Positions 19,708 through 30,090 of a stretch of 64,000 nucleotides of DNA are shown in pieces. The stretch is from the NCBI GenBank assembly GCA_963813025.1, contig CAWEXO010000003.1, positions 1 to 64,000 of the forward strand, written 5' to 3'. This stretch comes from an uncultured Verrucomicrobiae bacterium (GTDB lineage Bacteria; Verrucomicrobiota; Verrucomicrobiia; Chthoniobacterales; JAFAMB01). The notes under the pieces are model-generated. The model was not told the DNA's origin. It ran no database searches and was given only the letters and a program-made list of their open reading frames with translations. Made by a program: the position numbers and the translations under genes. How positions within the stretch are numbered: the first letter of the stretch is position 1; each line of letters begins with the position of its first letter.

Positions 19708-20781
19708 TCAAGGGTAAACAATCACGGTCCCCTTCATGCCCAAATTGTCATGAAGTGCACAAACATAAGGGAAAACGCCCGGATTCTGAAAGGTTACGCG
19801 AAACCGCGTGAAGCCTAGAGGTGACTGCTCCAAGCCAAGTCGCTCCTGCGAGGGCGCGACGATAAGTCCCGAGTTAACATTGTCTGTAGAGGAATTGATT
19901 GTAGCATGCAGCGCCCCATCAGCGTCCTCGTTTACGTTGCTGGAAGGAAGGACCGGGTTTAGCGGTTCCGTCCCGAAAGTGATGGTGTGAGGTGTCACAG
20001 GGTCATGATTGTTCCACTCCACAGTCTGCCCGGCATGAATTTCAATCTTGTCGTCTTTGAAGCGCACCACCGACAGTGTTTGAGATCCTCCCGCCGTCGC
20101 CGAGATTTCTCCGATACCAGCGATCACAAGGTGCGCGTCGATTGAGTGGTGTGCCGCATGATCTCTTTTTTGCGGATGACACGCGTCAACGCACTCGTCG
20201 CGATCTGAAAGTAAGTCCTGGCGCTGATCAGCAGCCTGGCGGTCGTAGAAATCCTGAGGATGTGGAAGTTGTTGGGCAGGTTCGAGGACATGAACGGCAC
20301 CGGTCATCCTTTCATGGACCAAGCACACCAGCTTGAAATTTCCCGCGGTCGGAAATGTTACCATAAAAGTCTGTCCTTTCACGAGAGGAGGAGTGCTCAC
20401 GGATATTGTACCATCAAAGGTGGCAGAGCCGGACGAAAACCCATTAGGCGGTCCCACTGAGAAATCCGGTCGCTTGTCGGTGGCATTTAGGAAGGTCACG
20501 GTATGGACATCGTCCGCGTCGAATTGCCATTTAATGCTGTCGCCCGCGTGAATCCAGATTTCATTCGGGAGAAACGTCAGAGCCTGACGTCCTTTATCGT
20601 TAGACTGAGCTCCCACAGTAGCGTTCCACAACTGCCCACCCCGCACCACCGCGGGAACAATCAAGATGGTAAGCAACGAGGTCCAACGCACGAGGGCTGA
20701 AAACCGGGTCGAGCGGAAAATCTGAATCTTCGTTTTTCTTCCAAACATTTTGTGCAGCGTGGATTTATTCATAGGATTCAA
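19708..20781 (-). CDS. Secreted tandem cupredoxin (plastocyanin/azurin-like) protein
   Basis: Two type-1 Cu-like motif sets: HTVTF...CLVHERM and HTITF...CALHDNLGM; His-rich linker; hydrophobic N-terminal segment; start uncertain. Confidence 0.82.
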   Translation of the reverse strand: MNPMNKSTLHKMFGRKTKIQIFRSTRFSALVRWTSLLTILIVPAVVRGGQLWNATVGAQSNDKGRQALTFLPNEIWIHAGDSIKWQFDADDVHTVTFLNATDKRPDFSVGPPNGFSSGSATFDGTISVSTPPLVKGQTFMVTFPTAGNFKLVCLVHERMTGAVHVLEPAQQLPHPQDFYDRQAADQRQDLLSDRDECVDACHPQKRDHAAHHSIDAHLVIAGIGEISATAGGSQTLSVVRFKDDKIEIHAGQTVEWNNHDPVTPHTITFGTEPLNPVLPSSNVNEDADGALHATINSSTDNVNSGLIVAPSQERLGLEQSPLGFTRFRVTFQNPGVFPYVCALHDNLGMKGTVIVYP

Positions 20782-20829
20782 AGGTCCTGTGTGTGGTACT
20801 CGTTATGATTAAGGCGAGTAGCGAATCCT

Positions 20830-21103
20830 GGATATACGTCTTTCGGGTAGTATTGCCACTGTGGAAGGTTGCTATGGGACGATCGACACAGAGAGATTCG
20901 AGGATTGCCCAGGCCGCGGTGACTGCGGCCGGAGGGTCTTTTTCGACGTCCTCGAGCGCACGGGCGGACGGCCGACGGGACAACTTCCCGGTCTTTCTCA
21001 AGGCGGACGGGAATAAAGGGGAGCCGGGGTCTTTCTCTAAGCCGGTCACTTTGAGATACTCGTCAAGAAGCTCTTCAAGCTTGTGGTGAACGGGGAGATC
21101 CTC
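20830..21103 (-). pseudogene. Chimeric remnant: tyrosine-recombinase fragment joined to an abortive-infection (Abi_C-like) fragment
   Basis: LPVHHKLEELLDEYLKVTGLEKDPGSPLFP..RKTGKLSRRP (integrase-like), then RALEDVEKDPPAAVTAAWAILESLC...KTYIQD (Abi_C-like); recognition from memory only. Confidence 0.45.
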
Positions 21104-21230
21104 GTTCTGCCTTACACGTTATTTGCATTTGCCTTAGTTTGCTTGCTGGATGTGCTTCACCGACTTCTTCAACAAGTTCTCCTCCGCAAAAGAAGGTTGT
21201 AGGCACAAATGTCGAAAGTGGCCCTACATC

Positions 21231-21500
21231 TCAGGCCACGTGGTTGTATCTATAGGTGTGCTTGGCCCCGGGAACAGCCGGAAGACAGGCGCCGACAGAG
21301 GGAAAGCAAGACTCGCATCCCGATGGCGTGGTAGTACCCGTCCCGCTCGGCGCGGCGCAGTTGTAAATATTGACGTCGCCATGACAGTCGATACGAATGT
21401 CGATGTCGCAGCAGCCGCCGGAGTTCCCATCGCGCTTCCCTTTGGTGTTGTCCCCGGTCGGGTCGTTGGTGCCGGTGGATACAGTCTCTCTGTTGTTCAT
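21231..21500 (-). pseudogene. Cys-rich hypothetical protein, probably C-terminally truncated
   Basis: MNNRE...GGCCDIDIRIDCHGDVNIYNC...CESCFPSVGACLPAVPGAKH; ends abruptly before remnant DNA. Confidence 0.5.
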
Positions 21501-21668
21501 GCTGGCCTTCTTTTGTTCGACCAATCTTGCTATGCGGGTGGTTGGTGTGTGTGTTTTAACCCTCGTGCTCTTGGTCTTTTAACTGGGAAGGAGGGAAAAT
21601 TCTGCCAGACTTTTGGATACCGGAGAGCGGTCGACTGCAAGCCGGGGTTAGTCCGCCAAACAATCGTC

Positions 21669-22505
21669 CTACGCCTCCGCCCACCGGACTTCGTACATCC
21701 GTATGAGGTGATCGAAACCCTTGGGTTCAATTTCTCCTAGGTCGGAGAACCACTGCGCCTTGCCAGGGCATTGATCCCGCACCGTCTCGGCGACGAGAAT
21801 CCGACCGGGTTCAGCATGCGCACAGACGCGAGCCGCCAAATGGACTACATTCCCAAACAGGTCGCCATCTTCCTCAATGGGTTCACCGGCGCTAAGACCA
21901 ATCCGTAGATGCATCGCGGCGTCAGGGTTTGCTTGGTTATAAGCCGCAAAAGCCTTCTGGATGGCAATGGCACACTCGACCGAATCAAATGCGGACGCAA
22001 AGGAGGCCATGATCCCATCGCCGGTGTGTTTGACCTCACGCCCCTGATGGTTCCTGAGCGCATTGCGTGTCAGCGCATTGTGGATGCGGAGCAGATGCAG
22101 CGCCCTGCTATCTCCTAATATCCTGGTCATCAGGGTGGAATCTTTCAAATCGGTGAACATGATGACACGGAATGCCGCGTCAATGGGTACCTCTCCCATC
22201 TTTCCAGGGGACGTGTCAAAGGGCGTAGGGTCTCTGACCCTACCCAAGAAGGCCTCCACGACGCCGGGATTAACCTCAATGATTTCGTGGGGAACCAATC
22301 CGTGGGCTTCGTTATGCGCTTGTTGGAGGGTCTCTTTATCAGGAGACTCGACAAGGCAAAACGCTGAACAGCGTGCATCGTCGAACCAGTAGGTTAGAAA
22401 CTTGACTTGATACTTGTCTTGCACCGCCAGATCCAACTGGTGAGCGTGGGCTACCGCATGTCGAGTTGCTCCTTCGATGTAGTGACGATCCATATACAAA
22501 GGCAT
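21669..22505 (-). CDS. DUF4242 (nickel-binding SCO4226-like) domain fused to class III adenylate/guanylate cyclase
   Basis: MPLYMDRH..AVAHAH..DL..Q...YWFD...FCLV..P......H..AHG, then IMFTDLKDST, VKHTGDGIMASF, RIGL.AGE, DLFGNVVHLAARV; AAGGAG RBS. Confidence 0.88.
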   Translation of the reverse strand: MPLYMDRHYIEGATRHAVAHAHQLDLAVQDKYQVKFLTYWFDDARCSAFCLVESPDKETLQQAHNEAHGLVPHEIIEVNPGVVEAFLGRVRDPTPFDTSPGKMGEVPIDAAFRVIMFTDLKDSTLMTRILGDSRALHLLRIHNALTRNALRNHQGREVKHTGDGIMASFASAFDSVECAIAIQKAFAAYNQANPDAAMHLRIGLSAGEPIEEDGDLFGNVVHLAARVCAHAEPGRILVAETVRDQCPGKAQWFSDLGEIEPKGFDHLIRMYEVRWAEA

Positions 22506-22815
22506 GTTCTTTATCTCCTTTTGGCAGGACGACCCGCGAATTTTGAGGGGGGTAACGAGAAATCAGTGAAGGATCGCACGATAAGGCGAGACAGTTACGC
22601 CTGTCGCCCCTGGAAAAGCATCTAAGTATTCCCTTTCGATTGCCTGCTAAAAGACTCTTAGTTCCCTTCGAGTCCCAACTGCTTATGCTCGCCTTTTCGG
22701 TCAAAATAGGTTTGTTCCGAACGAATTTTATCATCTTCAGCCGGGGTGAAGCTTGCCCTCGGGACCGTGACTTTTCGACCGCACAGTGACGACTTCCGGG
22801 AAAGGGTGAGGGTGC

Positions 22816-23111
22816 GACTAAGGTCGCTGCTCGGAGGTTCGTTATGCTACTATTAAGGGTATTTTCATTATCACCTCGGAAGATTTAGGATCGTTTGTCG
22901 CCTAACGACTTGGTGCGGGTTTTCTCACGTCGCCAGATAACATCCGTGTCGCTGGGGGCAGAAGGAACAACGCCTTTAATCAAAGGTCGCTGGAAGCGAC
23001 AAATACGTTTACACGCCCATCCCCTATTGGAAATCAACGAGTATTCAATATCTCTTTGGTATAACTTCACTAGTCCTTTTGGACTAAGGTCGTTGCTCGG
23101 AGGTTCGTTAT
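22816..23111. repeat. 30-bp direct repeat, two copies 266 bp apart
   Basis: gactaaggtcg(c/t)tgctcggaggttcgttat at 22816-22845 and 23082-23111, one mismatch. Confidence 0.85.
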
Positions 23112-23249
23112 TTAATCTACTTCACCGGTAACATCGGACGTGTCGATCCAAAAGGATTTTAGGTTACTCTGCGCCTCTTGCACGCCAGACGCCCACCTGT
23201 TCGCTTGGCTCTTTGAGCAGCTTCTTTAAGCGCGGCTGCTGTCTGCAGC

Positions 23250-23390
23250 AGGGCGGGCCTGGAAGGAACTCGGCGTCGCGAAGCAATATGCCGGGCTTGC
23301 CTCACCGGTCGAACGCGAACTCATCGAAGCGCTCAGCCAACGCTATGCAAACTGGCAGCCTAAAGAACGCAGCCAGGCCTCCTCGGTAGA
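23250..23390 (+). pseudogene. TPR-like protein fragment
   Basis: RAWKELGVAKQYAGLASPVERELIEALSQRYANWQP; no start or continuation. Confidence 0.35.
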
Positions 23391-24109
23391 TCATCGGTTT
23401 GATTGTTAACCTGCGTTTTGCTATAACCTGCTTCGGAGTGGCAAGCTAACTATGGGCTCCTCTCAGCGCAAAGACGTCTGGACTGCTGGTACTTTTTATG
23501 AACAGCGCGCCGCGCAACAAGCCAATGTAAGATAGCGGGCACTCGATCTGTATGCTAAGTACGTAAGCCTTTCCTGCAACATGAGTTTTTCCGCCTTTGC
23601 AAACGACTACATAGTCTTGCCAGTCAGATTCGACCAAGCAAAGAACCTTGAGAAACTGAATGCGAAGTCTAAACTTTATCAGGAGAGTTTGAAGCGCTTG
23701 GTAGACAATAGCGACGGGTTCGTGGAACAAATTGTTGAGGTGTTTTCTACCATACCGGAACGATTGAGGTAATATCTTAAAGTTTGAGTAATTATTTTCT
23801 CATCGAATGTACTAATCATTTAATCCCTTTCCATTGAGAATCTGCTGCATAGATTTTTCAACCCTTGACTCCCGAGTTTTGGATTGTTTGGGTGCAGAAA
23901 AATAAAGAGTGTATGCTCTTTGCCGTCCCGGCGTCAATGCACCGAAAGCAGTTTTCAAAGCAGGGATTTCATCGAAGGATATGTTTGATCAAGCCCGACG
24001 AGCGGGGGGACGATTAAATGGTCGACCATGAAGTCCTCAAACCGTGCAGTGAAGCGGGAGTTTCTCCGCCGAAAGCCGTGAAATGCCAAACCGAAGACGG
24101 GCACGTGCC

Positions 24110-24440
24110 TGCAGGTGCGAGAGAGCAGGCGTCCACTACATCGTCGGACTGGCCAAGAATGAGCGCTTGCCTGCGCTCTCGGCCAAGTTGCAGAAACGGG
24201 CCGTAGCGCAAGTACCAAAGAAGGGGCAAAAAGTGCGGCTCTTCACGGAATTTAAGTATAAGGCCTAGAGTTGGGACAGGAAGCGACGGGTCATTGCCAA
24301 AGCCAAACATTCTCTCAAGGTATTAATCCGCGGTATGTTTTGACCAATCTGGAAGGTCGCGCCCAAGGACTCTAGATGAGATTTATTGCGCGCGGCGTGA
24401 GATGGAAAATCGCATCAAGGAACAACAACTTGGTCTCCTT
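24110..24440 (+). mobile_element. IS1380-family transposase remnant (stops and frameshifts)
   Basis: GVHYIVGLAKNERL...EFKYKA*SWDRKRRVIAK...NPRYVLTNL...EMENRIKEQQLGL; boundaries approximate. Confidence 0.75.
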
Positions 24441-24850
24441 AGTTGGTGATAGAGCTCAATGCCACTGTGGTTTCAGGTCCGGTCGACGACTCACAGCGAC
24501 GGGTCCTCGCACCAGTCGCCCGCAATAGCTTTCAGGTTCCGGAGTGAAGTCGATTATCAGGGACATTGAATGGATGTCCCGTAGGGTCACCATTCTTTAA
24601 AGGAGCTGGACGTTCTTCCGACGTCGCGGTCCGGTTTTCACGAGCATGCTTTTTCGGTCAGCTTGACAACCCGGATATTCGTAGCCTATTAAACCGAAAG
24701 CTATTCGAAAGCTTCGTTCGTGCGTATGCTTTCCGAGAACTTACAGCTTCTTCCCCCAGAACTTCGTGACCGCGTGGAGATTGCTGCTTCATCAGGAAAA
24801 CCCACCGCAATTTCCCCCAACATTCAAATACCCCCAACCCAAATATTTCG

Positions 24851-25843
24851 ATGATAGCGTCTTCTAAAACATCCTGTCGGTCCCTTTTTACAGCGCTCTT
24901 GGCCGCTGCGTTCGTGATTCCTTCGATCGTCGTTTCGCAGGAGAGCATTAAGTTCGAAAAGAAGAGTCCGGTGAAAATCGGGTACTCGGTTTTCGATCTG
25001 CAGCAACCTTACTGGCAGGCGTATACGAAGGGAGTTCAAGATGCGTGTAAAGCGGCCAGTTACCAATTCATCATTTCCGACCAGAAGAGCAGCCAGCAAG
25101 CTGAGGTGTCTGGGAGCATCGACCTGATCAACCAGGGGATTAGCGCCCTGATCAATTCACCGATTGAGCCTGCCGCCTTGCCGGCGGTCATCGACAAGGC
25201 ACATCAGGCCAAAATACCGGTAGTTATTGGCGACGTTGGTGTCGCGGGCAAATACGATGCCTTTATCCTATCGAACAATGAAGAGGGGGGTAAGCTCGCA
25301 GCCCAGTATATGGTTGACCATCTCAAGGACAAGTCTGGGACGAAAGAGATTCTTGTGATCGAATTGCATCCTGGCGCCGCAGTCGGCGTGCCGCGGACCA
25401 AAGGGTTCGTCGATGAAATCAAGAAGCACTCTGACTGCAAAATCGTCGCATCTCTTAACGGCAACGACACAGTGCAAGGCGGCTACCAGGCAACGCAGAA
25501 CGCGTTGTCGGCTAATCCGAACCTGGCAGGGATCTATGCGACGAACGATCCTGAGGCCGAAGGAGCGGTACAGGCGTTGAAGGCCGCGGGCAAAAACGCG
25601 GTGAAGGATGTCTTTCTGGTCGGATTTAACGGAGATCCCCCTGCACTGGAGCTGATTAAAAACGGTCAGATGGCCGCAACGATCCGTCAGGACCCTTACG
25701 GCCAAGGGCAGAAATGCGTTGAGATCGCAACGAAGTTGATGAATAACGAGGCCGTTGAATATTCGGACACCGCGACAAAGTCGATTTTCTTTCCGGTAAA
25801 GGTGATCGACAAGGAGAACGTCGACCAAGTTCTCCAGAAGTAG
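24851..25843 (+). CDS. Sugar ABC transporter substrate-binding protein (RbsB-like)
   Basis: Signal peptide; AHQAKIPVV, SNNEEGG.LAA, IYATND, VGFNG, ATIRQDPYGQG. Confidence 0.9.
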   Translation: MIASSKTSCRSLFTALLAAAFVIPSIVVSQESIKFEKKSPVKIGYSVFDLQQPYWQAYTKGVQDACKAASYQFIISDQKSSQQAEVSGSIDLINQGISALINSPIEPAALPAVIDKAHQAKIPVVIGDVGVAGKYDAFILSNNEEGGKLAAQYMVDHLKDKSGTKEILVIELHPGAAVGVPRTKGFVDEIKKHSDCKIVASLNGNDTVQGGYQATQNALSANPNLAGIYATNDPEAEGAVQALKAAGKNAVKDVFLVGFNGDPPALELIKNGQMAATIRQDPYGQGQKCVEIATKLMNNEAVEYSDTATKSIFFPVKVIDKENVDQVLQK

Positions 25844-25894
25844 GGGTGCAACGAATTTGGGACCGCAGACGAAAATAGCCTCGTTCCTGTTACG

Positions 25895-27451
25895 GTGGAA
25901 GAGGTAAGGACAGACCAGGCATCAAGAGATAGCCCGGAGCCGCTTCTCAGTCTGACTGGTATCTCGAAGCAATTTCCAGGGGTAAGAGCCCTTGACGGCG
26001 TCGACTTCAATCTCTTTGCCGGAGAGGTTCACGCCCTGATCGGAGAAAACGGTGCGGGAAAGAGCACACTGATTAATGTCATCAGCGGGCTCTTACAGCC
26101 GACATCCGGGAAAATTTGCGTAGCTGGTCAGGAGGTGGTCTTCGCCAGTTCGATGCAAGCGCAAAGGGCGGGTATCAGCACGATTACCCAAGAATTTAAC
26201 CTCGTGCCCCAGCTGACGGTGGCGGAGAATATTTTTCTCGGGCGCGAGCCGACCGGAAGAATGGGTCTGCTGAACTGGCGAGAGATCAAGCGTCACGCTT
26301 CGGAGGTACTTAACGAACTGGGTCTCAAGGTCCCGCTCGATCAGCGTGTCGCTTATCTGAGTGTTGGAGACCGGCAGCTTGTCGAGATTGCAAAAGCTCT
26401 GTCGATGGAGTTTCGCATTATCACGATGGATGAACCGACGGCGGCCCTGAACGCCGCGGAGGTAGCACGGCTGTTTGAGATCGTTGAAAAATTGAAGGGG
26501 CGCAAAATCGCGGTTCTTTATGTTTCTCATCGCCTGGGGGAAATATTCCGGATAGCAGATCGCGTGACCGTTCTGCGGGACGGCAAGCGTGTTAATACAC
26601 AACTCGTCCATGAACTCACGGAAAACGACGTTGTTACGATGATGCTCGGTCACGCCCTAAAGAAAGAAACGGCACTTTATCAAACGATCCCGGCTTCCAA
26701 AAGGACGGCACTTTCCGTAAATAACATGGCGGTTCCGGGTCTTCTTTCAAATGTCTCGTTCGATCTGCGTATTGGAGAGGTATTAGGTTGCGCCGGGTTG
26801 GTTGGATCCGGGCGCTACGAGTTGACGCGCACGCTGTTTGGTCTTCTCCAAATCTCAGCCGGCGAGGTCAAGATAAACGATCAGCCTGCCCGGCTTGGCT
26901 CCTCAATCAACGCAATTCGTCGCGGCATTTATATGCTGCCAGAAGAACGGAAAGTCGAAGGCATTTTCCCGGATTTGACCGTCCGCGAAAATTTAGTGAT
27001 CAGCGCAAAACGCTTGTTTAAGCGATTATCGGAGCTGTTGATCGACGCCAACGAGGAAGAAAAACAGTATGAACAGATGCGAAACTCGCTCGATATTCGT
27101 GCCTCTACTTCAGCGCAGAAAATAACGAAGCTGAGTGGCGGAAATCAACAGAAGGTAATGCTAGGGCGAGCCTTGCTGAGCAACTCGCGCATTCTTTTAT
27201 TGAACGAACCTACTCGAGGTGTCGACATCGGGACGAGGGTCGAGATTCATGCAGTCATCCGCAAATTGGCTCAAAATGGTTACGCGATCATGGTGAGTTC
27301 TTCCGACATCCCCGAACTTGTCAGTGTCAGTGATCGTTGTCTCATCTTGACGGCGGGCCGTGTAAACGGGTTGTTAAATCGAACTCAAATTAGCGAGGAC
27401 AACATTACGGCGCTCGCAATCGGCCAAGAGATCGCAGGAGATGACAGATGA
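25895..27451 (+). CDS. Sugar ABC transporter ATP-binding protein (RbsA-like, two ABC domains)
   Basis: GENGAGKST, MDEPTAAL, YVSHRL, LSGGNQQKV, EPTRGVDIG. Confidence 0.92.
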   Translation: MEEVRTDQASRDSPEPLLSLTGISKQFPGVRALDGVDFNLFAGEVHALIGENGAGKSTLINVISGLLQPTSGKICVAGQEVVFASSMQAQRAGISTITQEFNLVPQLTVAENIFLGREPTGRMGLLNWREIKRHASEVLNELGLKVPLDQRVAYLSVGDRQLVEIAKALSMEFRIITMDEPTAALNAAEVARLFEIVEKLKGRKIAVLYVSHRLGEIFRIADRVTVLRDGKRVNTQLVHELTENDVVTMMLGHALKKETALYQTIPASKRTALSVNNMAVPGLLSNVSFDLRIGEVLGCAGLVGSGRYELTRTLFGLLQISAGEVKINDQPARLGSSINAIRRGIYMLPEERKVEGIFPDLTVRENLVISAKRLFKRLSELLIDANEEEKQYEQMRNSLDIRASTSAQKITKLSGGNQQKVMLGRALLSNSRILLLNEPTRGVDIGTRVEIHAVIRKLAQNGYAIMVSSSDIPELVSVSDRCLILTAGRVNGLLNRTQISEDNITALAIGQEIAGDDR

Positions 27452-28461
27452 GCAACTCTTCGGATGCGCTAGGCTTGCGGACCATCTTTAGTGTAGCGAA
27501 TGCGACTCGTTTCATCCAAGTTGCGGAAAGCCTCGGGGTTCTCGCGTTGCTGGGGATCGTCATAGTGGGAGCATCAATAATGGCGCCGGGGTTCTTCACG
27601 TACACAAATTTGACGAACACGCTCATTACGGCCTCCATAACGGCGGTAACCGGTTTTGGGATGACATTTGCTATTGCGATGGGAGGCTTTGATCTTTCGG
27701 TCGGCTCTGTTCAAGTACTAACCGCAATCGTGGCCGCAGGTTTGCTTTCCGTGGTTGATCCGCCGCTAGCGATTCTCGGCGCCCTCCTCGCCGGTCTGGC
27801 TGTCGGGCTGCTTAATGGAGTCCTGATCAGTAAGCTCAGGCTCCCTGCTTTTGTCGTGACGTTTGGAATGATGAGTATCGTGCGTGGTGTCGCACTACTC
27901 ATTACGCAAGGACAATCGGTGATGATCACGAAGCATATAGAATTCGGATTGCTTAACAATGGTAAGATCGTGGGGTTACCTTCTCCATTCATTATACTGA
28001 TGATCGTGTTCATCATCCTCAGCGTCCTGCTTAAGCATACGCCCTTCGGGCGCCATGCCTGTGCAATCGGAGGAAGTCGGACAACGGCAATCGTGTCCGG
28101 CATCAACATTGACCGTGTTACTATAGCCGTGTTTGGCCTCGTCGGTGTGACCGCCGCAATTTCCGGAGTGATGCTTAGCTCCCAACTGATGATTGTGGAT
28201 GCAACGCTTGGAATCGGGTTCGAGCTTCAGGCGATCACGGTCAGCGTCTTGGGCGGCACTAGTCTCTCTGGGGGGCACGGGAATCTGGTGGGAACCTTGT
28301 TTGCCGCTTTACTTTTAGCAACGATTGCTAGTGCCCTAAACATTCTGAAGGTGATTCCGTCTTACCAATACTTGGCGCTGGGAGTGCTCCTGATTTTCGC
28401 ATTGGCAATCGACACGCTGCGTCGCGCGATCATTTCCAAAGCCCTTCTAAGCCGGGTCTAG
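27448..28461 (+). CDS. Sugar ABC transporter permease
   Basis: GGFDLSVGS, LPAFVVTFG, HTPFGRH..AIGG, LGGTSLSGG.G. Confidence 0.9.
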   Translation: MSNSSDALGLRTIFSVANATRFIQVAESLGVLALLGIVIVGASIMAPGFFTYTNLTNTLITASITAVTGFGMTFAIAMGGFDLSVGSVQVLTAIVAAGLLSVVDPPLAILGALLAGLAVGLLNGVLISKLRLPAFVVTFGMMSIVRGVALLITQGQSVMITKHIEFGLLNNGKIVGLPSPFIILMIVFIILSVLLKHTPFGRHACAIGGSRTTAIVSGINIDRVTIAVFGLVGVTAAISGVMLSSQLMIVDATLGIGFELQAITVSVLGGTSLSGGHGNLVGTLFAALLLATIASALNILKVIPSYQYLALGVLLIFALAIDTLRRAIISKALLSRV

Positions 28462-28471
28462 AGTTATTATC

Positions 28472-29464
28472 ATGCACCTGAGCCAAGTGACAAATAGGAG
28501 ACTCGGCGCTCAGCGTCACGGAATAACCGCCCTAAACTTTTTCACGAGATTCTATATTCAGTTATTGCTGGCTGTGGCGGTCGTACTTCTTGCGGCAGCG
28601 AATCCCTACTTCAGGACATTAGCAAATGCGGAGAATATTTTGCTTCAGGCTTCGTTTTCCGCGATCGGGGCCGCAGGCATGACACTCTTGATCGTTTCCG
28701 GTGCTTTCGATTTGTCCGTAGCCGGCCTACTCGGGCTTTGCGGCGTCATGACTGCCGAACTGTTACCTTCCTTCGGCGTAGTCTTAACCATCATAGCTTC
28801 TATAGTCCTGGGCATTCTCTTGGGTTTTCTAAATGGGCTGGTGGTAACCAAACTGCGAATCCCTGCTTTTATCGCGACTTTAGGAATGATGAACGTCTAT
28901 CTCGCGCTTGCGTTTATCTGGACCCAGGGTAGCCGGGTGATCTCCGTCTCAGCCCCAAGCTTTGATTCCCTCGGTACCGGGACTTTGCTCGGTGTTTTAC
29001 CAATACCGTTTGTGGTGACGATTGTGACATACTTCTTTTGTTTCGGAATTTTGAATCGGAGTGTTTATGGCCGTTACCTTCGCGCCGTGGGAAGCAGTGA
29101 AATCGCAGCACGGACTGCCGGCCTTCCAGTGGACCTGATCAGAATTCTGGCGTTTGCAATCGTCGGGGGTTGCACGGCTTTGGCCGGTGTCTTCCTCACT
29201 GCGGAGCTATCCTCTGCCAGCGCGATAATGGCCACCGGTTACGAACTGACGGTTATAGCCGTGGTAGTGATCGGCGGCACGAGTTTGAAGGGAGGCGAGG
29301 GTAGCCTTTCCGGTTCATTCACGGGAGCTCTTTTTTTCGCGGTGATCAGCAGTGCGCTCAACATTTTGAATGTCGCAGCCTATTGGCAATATGTTGTCAC
29401 TGGTGTCTTCCTCATTAGCGCGCTTGGTGTACAGGCGCTGCGTAGCTATATTGTGGTAGACTAG
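28472..29464 (+). CDS. Sugar ABC transporter permease
   Basis: GAFDLSVA, IPAFIATLG, YGRYLRAVG, IGGTSLKGGEG. Confidence 0.9.
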   Translation: MHLSQVTNRRLGAQRHGITALNFFTRFYIQLLLAVAVVLLAAANPYFRTLANAENILLQASFSAIGAAGMTLLIVSGAFDLSVAGLLGLCGVMTAELLPSFGVVLTIIASIVLGILLGFLNGLVVTKLRIPAFIATLGMMNVYLALAFIWTQGSRVISVSAPSFDSLGTGTLLGVLPIPFVVTIVTYFFCFGILNRSVYGRYLRAVGSSEIAARTAGLPVDLIRILAFAIVGGCTALAGVFLTAELSSASAIMATGYELTVIAVVVIGGTSLKGGEGSLSGSFTGALFFAVISSALNILNVAAYWQYVVTGVFLISALGVQALRSYIVVD

Positions 29465-29769
29465 GCAATGACGTAAGCGTTTGAGTGACTCGTAGTGCGA
29501 AATGCCAACAACCCCGGGGGTTATGCCGCGGAAAGTTTCCTACAGTCGATCTCATCATTTCCCACGACAAATCGCCTGGGAACCGTTTTGTATTTAAGCG
29601 GCTGTCCTCGCCGGGGAGCGGCCGTGACTGCGTCGAAGGCTGGCGAGCGTGCCTTCTGTTAGACAGCCGCGAAGAACGGAAAGAGGCAGCGCTCGGTTTT
29701 GAAAGAGAGCCCTTATCGGTATGAAGCGGAGACCTGGCAAAGCGTTGCGCCTTCCGTAAACGCGGACGG

Positions 29770-29983
29770 CCTCGTCCGTACTCGGGGGGGCAGTCTGCAG
29801 AATTATCTGCGCACCCACGAGGAGCTGATGCAGCGCGCCAATGACGTCATCGCGGGAATACGAGCGGGCTGGCTGGAATTGAACATCGGCCGCGTGCTGC
29901 CGCTGGCTCAAGCTGCACAAGCCCATGAGCTCCTGGAAACTCGAAAGACACAGGGCAAGCTCGTATTGTCCGTCGCGAATTGA
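29770..29983 (+). pseudogene. Quinone oxidoreductase C-terminal fragment
   Basis: TRGGSLQNY...EEL..RA...LPLAQAAQAHELLETRKTQGKLVL; start approximate. Confidence 0.7.
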
Positions 29984-30090
29984 CAGCCATTGTCATAAGA
30001 GCACTTTGACCCTCAGGTTAAGATCCATCCCTCTCGGGCGCAGCCAATCCGCTATCAATCCGGACCTACAGGCCGCTTTAGCGTGAGTGC

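Noticed and set aside
22816..23111. CRISPR array interpretation of the 30-bp repeat
   Set aside because: Only two copies, a 236-bp intervening sequence, and no cas genes in the window
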